Positions 12,244 through 26,030 of a DNA stretch of 64,000 nt are shown here, piece by piece. The notes beneath the pieces were generated by a model. The model did not search any database. It worked only from the letters and a program-made list of their open reading frames with translations, and was not told the origin of the DNA. The stretch comes from Mobula hypostoma (lineage: Eukaryota): contig NC_086109.1 of NCBI RefSeq assembly GCF_963921235.1, positions 17,176,001 through 17,240,000 on the forward strand. Direction: 5' to 3'. Position numbers and translations under genes: made by a program. Positions within the stretch are counted from its first letter, which is position 1; every line of letters begins with the position of its first letter.

Positions 12244-15142
12244 AAGGAATTAGGCAGTGCAATGACCTAGACAGAAAGATGAACAGGCAGAAGCTAGTTC
12301 TCAGAAACAGTGTTTTATTTTAGGGCTGAGAAACTAGAAGAGCAGAGCACGAAAGTCAGATGGATTAGTAAAATTAATCCATGTTTTTAAAACGGGGGAT
12401 GCCTTTTTTCCAAGCTTGCCAAGTGCCTTTAGTAATATACATGTTTTACTGAGTTTAAAGTATGCTTCTGAACAATCATTCAGTATGCAATTTTACTGTG
12501 CTCCTGACTCAAAGAATTTTGTTTTGTGATGTATTAAACAGTTACTAAATAAAACTTACTTAACTATTAGTGGCCTTCTCTCTAAATCTCTTAATTGCAG
12601 GATTTACCTTCTTATACTCAGCACAATTTGTTCTTTACTCAGGTTTTATCATTAGTTGCAAAAGAGCCTGATAAAACTAATAAACCTAAACAATATATAA
12701 TCAATACATAGCTAGTGAAGCATATCCACACAAAGCAAAATACTGATATCTGAAATACAATCAAATTCATTTTGAAAATAGTCTTTAAAAGTCAAGATCC
12801 TCAACAGGTCAGATGATCACAAGTGTATGTATGAACTAGAATTTTTGCCATAAAGCAGATGAAAGCTCTACATAGACCTTCAATAATACATCTTTACTCT
12901 AAGATTCTAAGATTCAAACATTAATTTTAACCCCATTCCAGCATTAACCGCTCAAACTTGTTGTATCCAAAAGTATGAGTTTCCCCAAGTTATTAAATAA
13001 TATTTATGACAAAAATGTTAAGCATGCCTTGGATCAAAGTCATTATTGAACTTCTAGATTGCGCACAGGGTTTTTCCACTACATGTGCAACACCTGGGTA
13101 GCTGTAAATCCTTTACTGAATTAACAGCTAACTTTCAACAAGAATCATTTAGTGAACCATGCTGCACTGAACTCATTTTGACAATTCAATTCAGGAATGA
13201 GGAATGACAGAGCTGCATGGACAGATGAATCACCTTTGATATGGTGCAGACACCACATCACAGACTTTATGAAAACAAGAAACATTTTAAAATGTGTATC
13301 CTGTGCTTAACCCTTGAGTTGCTGGCAATACAACGCAAAGCAAAATGATGATTAATACATGCATGCAAAATTCTACACCTTAAGGAGGAAATTTTGCTGG
13401 AATGGAAGCAACCAAGAGGTCATTTATGAAGTTATGATAATCTACAGCAGCAGTGGGAATGGCATCCCATGACTGGCAGCAGGAAAAACAATTCCAGGGG
13501 ATCAATGAACCAAAAGTCAAGAGAAAGTACAGACTCAACAGGGCAGCAGTGGGAGGATTGGCAAGGTTGCCAGGCACCAGACACACAGCACCTCAAATTA
13601 ACGATTGAGCACAGACCATTTTTAGTTGCTTCCAATAAAGTATCTTAAATTAGTAGATACAAATACTCAGCTACATTGAATATCTACTTCCTTTAACTGG
13701 AAAAACTTCCATTCAGCTTAAAAAGCCACACAATTCTCACCTAGATTTGTTACCGCAGCTGTATATACTACAATGATTGTTTTCTTCACAGGATACAAAA
13801 CCCATGGTAAGAAAGTGCCCAATTTAAGCTACAAATTGAACTTTGTGTTTGAGGTACAGTCAAAAACACCATTAGTCAGTAAAATGCAGAGCAAAAGAAT
13901 AAGCAGAGAGACCATAAAACAATAGAAGCAGAATTAGCCAGTTGGCCCATAAGTCTGCTGTGCATTCTATCATGGCTGATTTATTCTCCCTCTCAACTCC
14001 ATACTCCTGCCTTCTTCCCCCTAATACTTGACATCCTTACTGATCAAGAACCTATCAACCTTCATTTTAAATATACCCACAATTTAAGCGAGAGATCGGA
14101 AAATAAAATATTCCAACAAAGGCTATTGAATGTAGCACAAAGATTTCTTTTATTTGTAGCTTCAGATGAAATTTGCAAACATTAACACTGAAATTCACAA
14201 CACTGAGCTAATTTCCACACACATTCAAAATTAATACCAAACACAGCAAATTGTTGTCCACTTTTTCTTGATCAGAGATAACATTACCATCATAAACATC
14301 CCTCAAGATATTTCTTCACTGGAAATATACCCAAGTCAGTTTAAAATAAGCATTTTCTCCAGGACAAATATCAAGGAAATAGGTTTGTTTTCTTTGTGCC
14401 TCATCTCAATTTGATTGTTTTCCCCACAGTTCATTTTACTGATTAATGCTGCATTTGACTGCATCCCAAACCAAAACTTCAACCTGTTGCTTAAATTGGG
14501 CACTTTTGGATCATAGGGGTTTTATATCCTCTGTAGATAAGAATCACTGAAGAAAGCAAGAAGGGAATTCATCCAGATCCTTGAAGTTCAACACTGTCGT
14601 GCACAAAACCAGCAACCAGTTTGCTCAGATTCATCACTTACTCAGAATGCAATTATTTTAAATCATGTCTGCATCCCAAGTTAAAAATCAAGCACAAGCC
14701 ACTAAGTGCAACAATGATGCTGGTAATAATTATTTTCAGGACAATTTAATCTAACAATCTCCCTTCATTCCAAATTGCACAGTTCAACTTTTCTTCCTCC
14801 TTCCAGGATCTCCATGACTTCTAAGCAAAGCCTTCAAGGTTATGCTTTGATACTTCAGTAGTTTGAATTCGAACTTGTCCTCATATTTAAAGCTCTTGAG
14901 AGTTACTTTCTGAATTTAGCGCTTGAGACAACACAAGCAGCAAAATTCAATTCACACATACGTGCAAAAATAAAAGAGCAGCCCTTTTTTGGGGGGGGGA
15001 AGGGAGAGAGAAAGAAAATGAGAGCGAAAAAGGAACTTAAATGATGTCAAAAAATATGAGACATTTAAAATAAAACACAAATCAGACAATGAGATTAAAT
15101 TGCTCAATGAAATAAATGTGTTTAATGGCAAATTTTGAAGTG

Positions 15143-16134
15143 TTAAGGATTTCAGTTAATTAGGACACGAGGGACCAATACATTCTGGCACAATTAAATG
15201 GCTGCTCACAATTAGTGCAAGTTTTATAAAAAGTATAAAAAACTATTGTTTAAATAAGTAGCAGTATTTAAATAAATACAGAACAAATTAGTGAACTACC
15301 AATACTACCACAGTATTATAAAACTACATTAGTTCCCAATAATTATCAGCAGCGGAAATCATCCAATATATGTTGCCATTTTCTTTTGATTGAATGTAAA
15401 TGAACACAATTAGTGCAGACAGTGGACTGCCTTCATAACAATCCTTTCCATGATTGCGTCCTCCAAACCTTTTTTCATCGTAACATGAAAGATGCCGTCG
15501 ATACCTTTGAATTCTTCGTAGTTCCAATTTGAAGTGGAGAAAGGGTTACATTTTCACTCCTGGTCATTTTTGACATCAACAACCCTGAATGCTCGAAACT
15601 GCAGTGAGCGAAACAGTTCTGAATTGTCTTATTACTTATTTTTCACCAACTATCTGTGACAAAAACCACTGGTTTTTGAACACACAGGCAACTATTTAAA
15701 GACTGTTCGTTCTAAGCACAGTGTAGTGTCTAACAACTACACAAGTGTACACAACTGATGCTAATGAGAAACAGAAAAGTCTCCTGCCCCAATTAAGCTG
15801 CATACTGTCCACAATAATCCAAGGGGATCATGACTATTTTCTCTATTGGTTTTTTATTTATTTAGCGATACAGTGTGGAGCAGGCCCTTTGGCCCTTTGA
15901 GCCATGCCATCCCAGCAATCCCCAACAAATCCAATTAACCCAAAGCTAATCACAGGACAATTTACAATGACCAATTAACCTACCAGTATGTCTTTGGACT
16001 GTGGGAGGAAACCAGAATACCCAGGGAAAACCCACAAATTCCACAGGGAAAACGTACAAACTCCTTCCACTTTAAGAGTTGTCAAATAAGTGGCTGCCCC
16101 AATTAACCAATTAGCCAATTAACCAAAATCTACT
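15143..16134. mobile_element. Tigger/pogo-like non-autonomous DNA transposon with an internal SINE (~15860-16066)
   Basis: Imperfect TIRs (gatttcagttaattagg...tggctgctcacaattag versus tggctgccccaattaaccaattagccaattaaccaaaatctactg). The internal SINE has a V-SINE-like core (tctttggactgtgggaggaaacc...tacaaactcc) in - orientation. Confidence 0.55.
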
Positions 16135-18142
16135 GAATTTACCCAATTCTATTTGGAATATGCAAACAATTTTGGGCTGCTGTGAAAAGACACCAAGTAT
16201 AAATCAAAACTGAACAAAAGGAGAGAACAGAAAGTTTCTCAACAAATACCTGATAAATGGTGGCAAATGTGAGTATCCATCAAGGCGGTGGGGGGGGGGG
16301 GGGTGAGTTTTCCTCAATGGCTAGGGACCACAAAACAAAAACTTTGAAGGATCGGGGTCCCTGGACACATGATTTGCACAAGAGTAATATGCAGTACAGG
16401 AGGTAATTAATAAAGCCATCATTGGGGAATTGCATGGAAAATTAAAGTCTCAGTAAAGACACATCTGGAAAACTGCATGCGGCAAAGGTCTCCGCTTAAA
16501 CAAAGGTGTTGTTGTGTTGAAGCAATTAAGTGAAGACTTACAAGGCCAAAAACCTTAGATAAGGGTAGACAAGACTAAGCATGCATCTGCTTGAGCTTTG
16601 AAGATCAAGAGCCAAATTGTTTGCAGCAGACAGGATTCTGAATCTCTTGACAGAATTGAAGACGCCAATATTTTGTTTGTGAGATAAACTTAAAGTCCAA
16701 GGAGAAATCACTATTAACAAAAAATGAAGGTTCACCCATTTAAGGCAAGGGGAGGTAGTGCAAATTTTTTGATCGTCATGAGAGTTTTGGTTTTCATTCC
16801 TAAAAGGGAGAACACGTTTTTCAATATTTTTAACTTGAAGCTAAATTTTCGCCTTGTAACTTTTCACCCTCCCCCCACGGTTATATCAGGCATGATCTTA
16901 CTAAACAGCAAGGTAAAACTGAGGGGTTCAAGTGGTCTTAACATACCTCAGTATGTTCATATCTACAAATTAAAACAAGCAATTCATTTTTGCTCAAATT
17001 CATTTGTATTGTTATTCCAATGTATTTGGATAGTTAATGGCCTCCATAACCTTCGTGAGTAGAAAATAATGATTCAATCAGTGCCCTTTGGGTAGGAAAT
17101 CTATTGAATGATCAATTCTGTTTTTGGAATTAACCCCAGCTCCAGACTGTCCAGCTGGGCAAAACTTTGTCTAATCATGCCAAGTACTAATATTAATATA
17201 TATCTTTAATATATTAATATATATATTTCTTTATTCCAAGTACATTTGAATATGTAACGAAGGCTATCATAGAATTTACCCAAGTACTTGATGCAGCTAC
17301 AAATTTACTTTCAAGTAAATTGCACACAACGACATCCAGGCACCACATGAAAACAGACTCCATTGAAAGTCTTAACATGTGAAGACTCATGTTGACACTT
17401 AAAACATACAACTTGATATTTCTGAACATATTAATCTATGTCCATTCCCCTTTCATTTATCCAGCCTACATCCTCATGAAACATCTCTGCAGCCCTTCAA
17501 ACTCCCATGATCCAGTTTACTACTATCAAAGATGGATGTGGCACTTAATCCCACATCCAAATCACCTGAAGATGTCCAACAGCAGAGGCCCCAACAACAT
17601 ACGCATGATTGATGGCTGGCATGGACTTTTTCTCCACAATGTCTCTATGACCATGACAACCAATCCCAATGGCAGCCCACTATCCAGTCACCCAAACTGA
17701 AATAACTTGTGTCTTCTATTGATTAACCAATTTTCAATCCATGCCAGTTAACTACGACTAAACCTCAGGTGCTCAAATTCTATGAAACTTCAGGTGACAG
17801 TTAAGTTCCATGTTCCCTTTAATCCATAACTTCCAAAATTTCCTCACGTATTCTTCCAGTTACAACCTCAAAACTAACATTCATCAAAAAATTTCCCTTC
17901 ATAAATCCTTATTAATACCACTCAATGCTAAGCTCTTCAGTGATTACTCAATAAGTTAACCACCACTAAATGTCACATTATTCAGCCTCCAGTTTCAATT
18001 CATCTCTCCCATTAGATGTAATAAATGTTACTTTTTAATCTGTGAGAACCATTGAATATGCAATTTTACACCCAATATCTGCAGATGCTGGATATAGAAA
18101 AGTTGTTTTTTTTTAAAAAACTACAAAATATAAAAACTAATT

Positions 18143-18310
18143 TCCTCCCCTCCTGTCTTCTCCTATCATTTCAGATCTCCCCCTTCCCCTCTCAAATCTC
18201 TATCTCTTCTTTCAGTTAGTCCTGATGAAGGGTCACGGCCTGAAACATCGACTGTACCGCTTCCTATAGATGCTGCCTGGCCTGCTGTGTTCACCAGCAT
18301 TTTGTGTGTA
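18143..18310 (+). mobile_element. Penelope-derived repeat with hammerhead motif
   Basis: agtcCTGATGAagggtcacggcctGAAAcATCgactg at 18218-18254; homologous to 30380-30545. Confidence 0.8.
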
Positions 18311-18311
18311 C

Positions 18312-21300
18312 GTTGCCAGGAGATAACTGGTGTTTGTTCATTTTTTATTTAAACTTGAAGTCTGAGCTGGTGGCATTATGACACTCATATAATATCACAT
18401 ACAACCCTTAATTATTTGAACAAAGAATTCTTAAACAATACATTTACAATATTACTCAAATATTACTGAATTATTAAATTCAACATTCATCCCTGTTTAG
18501 CTATAAACTCCAACTCAATACAGAATGCATCTCAGCAACGTATACAGTGTATAGTATAACACACCAACTACATAGATATCCACAGCAGAGAAAATTTTAA
18601 GATGTCCCATTCAGGCCTAAAGATTTAATCATTGTGAAGGATTTCTTACTCTTGTGGGATAATGTCTTTCCTAAACAGGGAGATCACTCTGCTAGGAAGG
18701 TGAGACTTGCGGCTGGGAAACAATCTTAGGGTCTGGGGCCTCCTCTGTGGTGGTTTTGTGTTAACTCTGGGGCTGCAAGAAACAGTTATGACAGCTCCAG
18801 AGTTGACTCTGGACGTATTTCTTTTGTTTCTTTTGGACATGATGGCATCTCAAACTGAGCATGGCAAGCTTCAGTGGATGATGTGGATCATAGCATGTGA
18901 GTGTCTGACATCACCATTTCCTTTACCTTTTGGAAAGCCACCTCACATTGCTTTGTTCATTGCCACTTCTTCCCGATCTGTAGTAATGAGTTGAAGGGAT
19001 GGAGCACAGTAGGAGCCTATTATGGTAATTCATATACCCTAAAAAGATGCAACTCTGACACATCCTTTGGTCTAGGGGGCATCCACCACTGCTTGAAGGT
19101 ACTTAGCATACTTGTGTAATCCTTCTGTGTTAGTGTGACCACAGTAAATGATGATTGTTTCAAAGAATTTACGCTCGTTGCATCATGCTCTGAGCCCATA
19201 ATCTTCTAATCCTTTTAACACTGTCTTGGGTTTTTAGAGAGATTCCTTGTCATTCTCACCGGTAACAATTAGGTCATTCTAGGTAACACTGCGTGCCTGG
19301 GCAGCGTGCAGCACTTGGTCCATAGCTTTCGGCCAGAGTGCAGGTGCAGATGCTATTCCAAAAATAAGCCTATTATAGTGATAAAGCCTTTTGTGAGTGT
19401 TTCTGGTAAAAAATACTTAAGACTCTTCTTCCATCTCCATCTGTAGGTAGGCTTCAGCCAAGTCCACTTTGCTGAAATGGTTTCCTTCGGAAAGGTTTGC
19501 AAAGATACCCTCTATCCTGGACAAAGGATACTGATCAACTTTCAGTACCTTGAAATCACTACAAATCCTGGCAGACACATTCTTCTTGGCTACTGGGACC
19601 ACTAGTAATGCCCATGGGCTCCACTCAAACTTAGAAAGAATTCATTTAGCCTCCATGCGATCGAGCTCACTGGCTTTTTTTTTTAAATCACAGATGGTAC
19701 AAGGAACAGGATGGGCTTTCCAAAACTTAGGTGTGGCATTTTCATTTAACAGTATTTTACCCTTGATATGTTTTGAGTTGTCTAATGCCATCCTTAAACA
19801 CTGCTGTGGAATCATTCGCTTGCAGTTGACTCTAATTCTGGGGATGTGACATGCAGGTGATAGCTGAATCTTCAATAAAGTTGCAGTTGTCTCAACCAGT
19901 CACATCCTCAAAATGCTGGCGCTCTTGTGTTTTTTTTAAACCACATACAAGCCTAAAGTGGCTTATGGTTGTTGTATTTCACTGTAACAAATGTCATTCC
20001 CACAGGAGTTATCCTTTCTCCAGTACAAGTTCTTCATTGGATATCTGAAGGCTTCAGTTTAGTACTTTTGAAATGCCATTCAAACTCATGTTGTAGAATG
20101 ACTATGAAACAACTGAACCCGTGTCCAATTCCATTTTAATTAATTTGTCATTCACTCCTGTTCTAAGCAATACTGCTTGTGTCTTGCTTTCATAGTGTAA
20201 ATCTCAAGGCTACCTAGTCCAGTGTCACTCTCATCATTATCAGATTAGATTTCATCAACATCATGCAGATTTGTGCCCCTTTTGAAACTGAAACTTCACT
20301 TTTTAGCTTTTTCTTTTCCCTTTTAGCTTATTTTTGTCTGCCCAACATGCTCTTTGTATGTGTCCTACTTTGTTGCGTGTCCTACGTGTTGGCGCGTGGC
20401 CAAGTGGTTAAAGCGTTCATCTAGTGATTTGAAGGTCGCTAGTTCAAGCCTTGGCTGAGGCAGCTTGTGTGTCCTTGAGCAAGGCACTTAACCACACATT
20501 GCTCTGCGGCAACACCAGTGCCAAGCTGTATGGGTCCTAATGCCCTTCCCTTGGACAACATCAGAAGTGTGGAGAGGGGAGACTTGCAGCATGGGCAACT
20601 ACTGATCTTCCATACAACCGTGCCCAGGCCTGCGCCATGGAAACTTTCCAAGGTGCAAATCCATGGTCTCATGAGACTAACGGATGCCTATAAAAACTTT
20701 GTTGCATTTTCTGTAAGTTTGGCCTTGTTCTGGTGTAAGCAAGCCCCTGTCACAATGGTAACCTGGCTGGTTTCTGTTTGGATGCTGCCATTTTGTTCAC
20801 ACTCACTTTCATTCCTGACTGCAACTCAATTCTTTGTCTATTGTTTCCACTGATACAGGTATTTCAACTGCTCTTTACATGTGAGCTGTGCTTTAGTTAG
20901 GAGACATTTCTAAATGCTTTCTTACACAATTCCACAAACTAAACATGCTTAGTGCATCATTAAACTGATCACTGAATTTACAATGCTCAATCTCTTCAAT
21001 TCAGCCACATTTGCTGAAATGGACCCCTTCATTTTGATTCTGCATATGAAACCTAAAGTGTTCTACAATCAACAATTCTAAATGTTCCTGCATAACTTTC
21101 ATGATGTCAGCAAAGCACATTTTTGTTGGTTTGGTTGGAGAAGTTAAATTTATAAGCAAACTGTATGCCTTTAAACCCAAGGCACTAAGCAAAATTGGCA
21201 CTCGCTTCTTATTCAAAATAATGCTCAATTAGCTCAGTATACAAGAGCTAGCTGTCTATTTAGCCATTGAACATATATCTTTCTGATGGAGCCAGCCGTT

Positions 21301-21757
21301 TCTGCTCTTTTTAATATGAGTATCACATGATATTCACTGCTTATTAACTCCAAACCTTTCCCATTTTCTATCTTTTTAAAAATAAATATGACAGTCTCTG
21401 TCCATTCCCAAAGAGACACTTCCTACACTGTTTATTTCTTCACCTGACCGTTTCTCACATTTTTTAAAAAAAAGTCTAACATCTCACTTTGCTTCACCAG
21501 GTAGGTAGTCATCTCTGGTTCATTTAAACCTTGCTCATTGCTACTGTTTTACTCCAAAACAAAAAACCTAACTGAAAGGAAAGCAAAGCGAGCTGAAAGA
21601 TAATTTGTTTATGTTTATTTACTTAAAGTGAGGCGATTACATATGACATCATGGTGTATGTCATCCACATACTATTATATATAACCTGTAATGATTTGAA
21701 TATGATTGCTTAAATATATCTACAATATATCAAATATTACTGAAATTAAATACACCA
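18312..21757 (-). mobile_element. Decayed Gypsy/Ty3 LTR retrotransposon (LTR-gag-PR-RT, integrase region largely deleted)
   Basis: Degenerate direct repeats at ~18312-18485 and ~21545-21757 (tacaatat..caaatattactgaa.tt.aa.t.ca.ca). Gag remnant KRVPILLSALGLKAYSLL...ELLIVEHFRFH, zinc knuckle (Y)RKCNKVGHIQRAC, protease KMELDTGS (~20135) and RT VPVAKKN..RIC.DFK...DQYPL.RIE.IFANL..G..FSKVDLAEAYLQ. PBS-like and PPT-like sequences lie next to the LTRs. Confidence 0.88.
20377..20695 (+). mobile_element. tRNA-derived SINE inserted in the Gypsy gag zinc knuckle
   Basis: A box TGGCCAAGTGG (~20397), B box AGTTCAAGCC (20441), A-rich end, and a 10-bp TSD ACTTTGTTGC at 20367-20376 and 20696-20705. Confidence 0.88.
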
Positions 21758-23924
21758 GAGATGTATTGATGTTTATGATCATAAATTTCCCAGTCATTTC
21801 GGACTGTGATGAGAATTTCTTCACCCACAAAGTGGAAAATCTCCTTACCAAAGAGTGCATTGAAAGCTTATTAGCTCTCTAGTTTCAATGTACTTTCCAT
21901 TAATATCAAAAATCTATTGATATGTGTTAGTGCAGGAAATTGATGCCAAGGAAAACGATCAGCCCATTAATTGCACCAATATGTTTTTAAGTTATGCAGT
22001 TCGCTTTCAACTTATTCCTTGTAGAATGATTTGAAATGCTTAATGTTTATATTGAACAAAACAAATTCAAGTTCACGCTTCCCCTTGGGTCTATAAACTG
22101 CTCCAATTTAATAGAAAAGAGATTTACCAACTGATGCTGCAAATGGGCTCTCAAATCATAGGTTTGTACATATGCTCATAGGACCAAAACACAAGCAGAG
22201 TTTTTAAATTACATCATACTTCAGATCCAGCAGACTATTCATATGCATAACTGTAAATTATTACAATAAAGAGACTGTTTCATCGCCATCCACTCAGGAA
22301 GTTCCCTCAGGAGTTATTGCTCAATATTAAATCTTCAGAGCAGTGTCTACAGCACATTCACAGCAGTAAATGCAACCAAAGGTTAACCTGATCAGCTTTC
22401 ATAGTTTAAAACAGTTTCCAAGCTCCTTAGGTTTCGAATATTACCAGCGAGATAAAGAGTTCATCTATCAAGACCATAAAAATTTTGTTAGATAATGTTT
22501 CACCCGACTCCGATTTTCTAAGCATAAACACACCTTTTCACTCACCTGCATATCTGTGACAGGTCAAAAAGTAATCCCAATTGCCAGTTAGGAAAATAAT
22601 GTGAAAGGTAAACATTAATTCCTTAAAGTGCCACAAGAAACCCTTAAATTCAGATCAAAAATTCTGAGCTACTAGGAAGTTTAGAAGATAACCAAGTTCA
22701 AGGCCAGGATAGAATTAAATTACTTTTTAAAGTCTTAAGACTAAATGTTACAGACTACAGACTTGGGGGGGGGGGGGGAGAAAAAGACAATTTAAAATCG
22801 GCATTTAAATTGCATATTTTTCCTCAATGCTGTCTGAATTATATAAGAAATGACACTGTAAAAAATAATTAATTTTGAATTCAGAACAAAATGCAGATTT
22901 TAAATTGCAGAAGTGAGTTCAAATAGGCACATTTCATCTTTTAATGCGAATGGCTGTGGTCGAATTCTTTCCTAGAGGAAACACTTCTCTATTTAGAGCA
23001 ATACTGAATAACTACAAAAATCTGTATCTACATTAAATATTTCCAAATTGGATGATGCAGAATTTTGAATGTGCAATAAATATGGAGGTGCTCACACAAG
23101 GCATTGTTTATTTCATCAAAACCACATTTTGGCTTCTGCAGGAATATCCAGTGCTAATTTGAAATTTCTTAACCAGGCCGATAATACAATTCTGCAGCAT
23201 AAATTTAAGTTCAAAACTTGCACTGGTGGTAATGCTATTGTGCTCCATGATTTGCAATCACAATCAGGCAAAGTTCCTCAATTGTCTCACATTAAATGGC
23301 CACGACCAGTTCTCATCCATTTTAGTGGTTTTCATATGTAACATATGTTTAACATCAAGGCAGATATAGTTTTGTTTTTGATCAAGCTATTTTCAACTCA
23401 ACTCATGTCAAAGCACGTTGCCTTCTAAGCAATAGTTCTTGCTTTAGCATTGCAAACGTACCAGCCAATAGCCAGGCAGCAACCGCCCACAAAATATTAA
23501 AATAAGGACTTTTTAAAAAAATATATGGTAGACGATCGGCATAAAATGTTAAAAATTCATGAAGATTTATCAATTCTTCTAAAAGACAACTGAACTCCTT
23601 CAGTTGGACCTTGATTTTCCACTCTGTCCTACACAATGAAGCTGGCCATAAACAATCTGACTCAATAAGCTAAAGTGGTTCCATTGATCTAATTCTATCC
23701 TCTTACCTCAGCCAGATCTACCAAAACTGGCAGTGAATGATGACATGGACTTCTGGATAAGCCGATGAAGCTCTTTCATTTGCATGGAAAAATGCAGAAC
23801 AAAACCTCCGACCCATCTTTATTGCTGTGTTTTATCGGTTAAGTTGCAATACTATACAATACACCCAAAACACGACTGCATCAAGCACTGCACACTTTAC
23901 CAGGATCAGCCTGACTACAACACC

Positions 23925-24262
23925 AGAATCAGAATCAGGTTTAAAGTCATCGACATTTGTGTTTTTGCAGCAATCACAATGCAATACAATTTTAAAAAAC
24001 TGAATTATAGCGTATGTATATGTGTGAATATATACACACACATTTTAAAAATAGTTAAATTAACTAAGTAGCGCAAAAAAATTGCGAGGTAGTGTTCATG
24101 GATTCAATGTCTGATCAGAAATCGGCTGGCAGAGGGAAGGAGGCTGTTCCTGAATTGTTGAGGCCTTCAGGCTCCTGTACCTCCTTCCTGATGGTAGCAA
24201 TGAGAAGAGGGCATGCCCTGTGTGATGGGGGTCCTTAATGATGGATGCTGCCTTTTTGAGGT
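23925..24262 (-). mobile_element. Rex1/Babar-type LINE 3' fragment
   Basis: LKKAASIIKDPHHTGHALFSLLPSGRRYRSLK followed by a 3'UTR and a (TTCTGA)n tail. Confidence 0.8.
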
Positions 24263-24644
24263 CACTGTTGTAGCTGTCTCTACAAGTGAAAAGAGCAATG
24301 ACATGTTTCTTTTTTTTAAAAAAATAGACAAACAAACATCCAATTTATTAGGGTCCACTTAATTTCAGCTTTGAAGTTAGAAGTATAGACAGAAGCAACA
24401 TAATCATACCATCACTTGCCACTTCAGTCAAACCTGATCTGAATGGAACAGTACAAATTGACTAACTAACATGCAGAGTCATCACAAGTTCACATTTCTG
24501 AGTGAAAACATCTTAAGTTGGACATGTATCCCATATATCAGACATCTCCTTACCCTTAATATTTTCTTCATGGAAACAAGCCCTTTGGCCAAACATTCCT
24601 GCTCATCATAGAGACCATTTAAATTAGTCCCATATCCCTCTAAT

Positions 24645-24780
24645 AAAGGGTTCCCAACCTGGGGGTCCATGAATCCCTTGCTTAATGATATCAGTCCGTG
24701 GCATAAAAAAGGTTGGGAACCCCTGCTCTAAAGTTAGTCCACGGCATTAAAAAAAAAGATTGTGACCCCTTGCTCTAAAG
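24645..24780. mobile_element. hAT/Charlie-like mini-MITE with a duplicated right half, inside a CR1 3' fragment
   Basis: TIRs aagggttcccaacct ... aggttgggaacccctg (ends 24725). The right end plus flank ctctaaag is repeated again to ~24780. Confidence 0.65.
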
Positions 24781-26006
24781 CTTCCCCAAGTAACTTAAAC
24801 GTTCTTGTAGCTGCTTCAACCACTTCCTCTGGCAGCTCATTCCACATACAAACCACCCTCTGAATGAGGGTACCCATAAGGTCCCTTTTAAATCATTGCC
24901 CTCTCAATTTAATCCTAAACCCTCTAGTTCTTGTTAAATTTTCCTCGGGGGGGGGTGGAAAGGGTCTGTGTGAATTCATCCTATGGCCCTCATGATTTTG
25001 TACACCTCTAAAGTCGAAGTCATAGCCTGTTGGAATACAGGAGGATCAAGGTAAGTGAATCTGGACATACATCAACCCCACAGCACTAGCCTAGTGATCC
25101 ACACAAAATTTAAGTACATTGACCAGTCGATTAAAGTTTCCACGTACTTTGTAACATCTTGAAATACATTCCAATAATGCAAGTAGGTGGGTTTATTGAC
25201 AGTCTTATTGGAGTCAAGATGGATGGGGAGCGGCCAAAAGCTTCAGTAGTTTGGTGAGCAAGTTCAGGAGCCTGAAACCCAAGCTACAATCATCAATAGT
25301 GGAAGAAAGAAAAAAAAATCATAAGAAGCAAAAATCTCAAATTGGAGTGCCGGCATCCTCAAGGTCGTAAGATGTGAGCTACAGATCTGCCAATTTAAGT
25401 GATCGAACAATACCTATCAGAAGTGATTTAGCCCATAAGAAAACAACATCAATAATGATAATCACAGACTTACTTTGTTCTTCCCAGTGTTTACTTGGAG
25501 AACATTCAGCTCATCATGAGATGACAACTTGTACACCAAACTGAGATAGCCAAGGAGTTGAAAGACAAAGGGTGACGTGACGCTGGGTACTGACAATGTA
25601 CTTCACACCATGACTGCTGGTAAAATAACACACTCGTTGCAATAGTTGAATAGCAAAGGACACGAGGGTACAAAAGGATAGTTTAAGAAAGAATTTAAAT
25701 AAGCAAACGGCAATAGGAAAATCATTACTGCCAGTATCCACTGATCAGGAGAAAAAAAATGCAGTTTCTCATCCTACCTTCTGCTGTTTGAAAAGATCCT
25801 ATGCAACTTCATTTGAAATGACAATCATCTGCCCCCCCCCCCACCAACACCTGGCTATGGCAACTTTAAGAAAACAATTCCTTCGTATACTAACAATTTT
25901 AATTTAAAAAAAATAGTGGACAGGGAAGATGGTGACCGAAAACGGTGCCAGGGCAGGTTATCACAATATCCACACACTAGGACCTTGTCTTGCACTATAT
26001 TGCAGA

Positions 26007-26030
26007 GATAGATAGATAGATAGATAGATA
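26007..26030. repeat. (GATA)n microsatellite, the 3' tail of the adjacent Rex1 element
   Basis: gatagatagatagatagatagata. Confidence 0.9.

Noticed and set aside
20391..20460. tRNA-like A/B boxes
   Set aside because: Head of a TSD-flanked SINE, not a tRNA gene.
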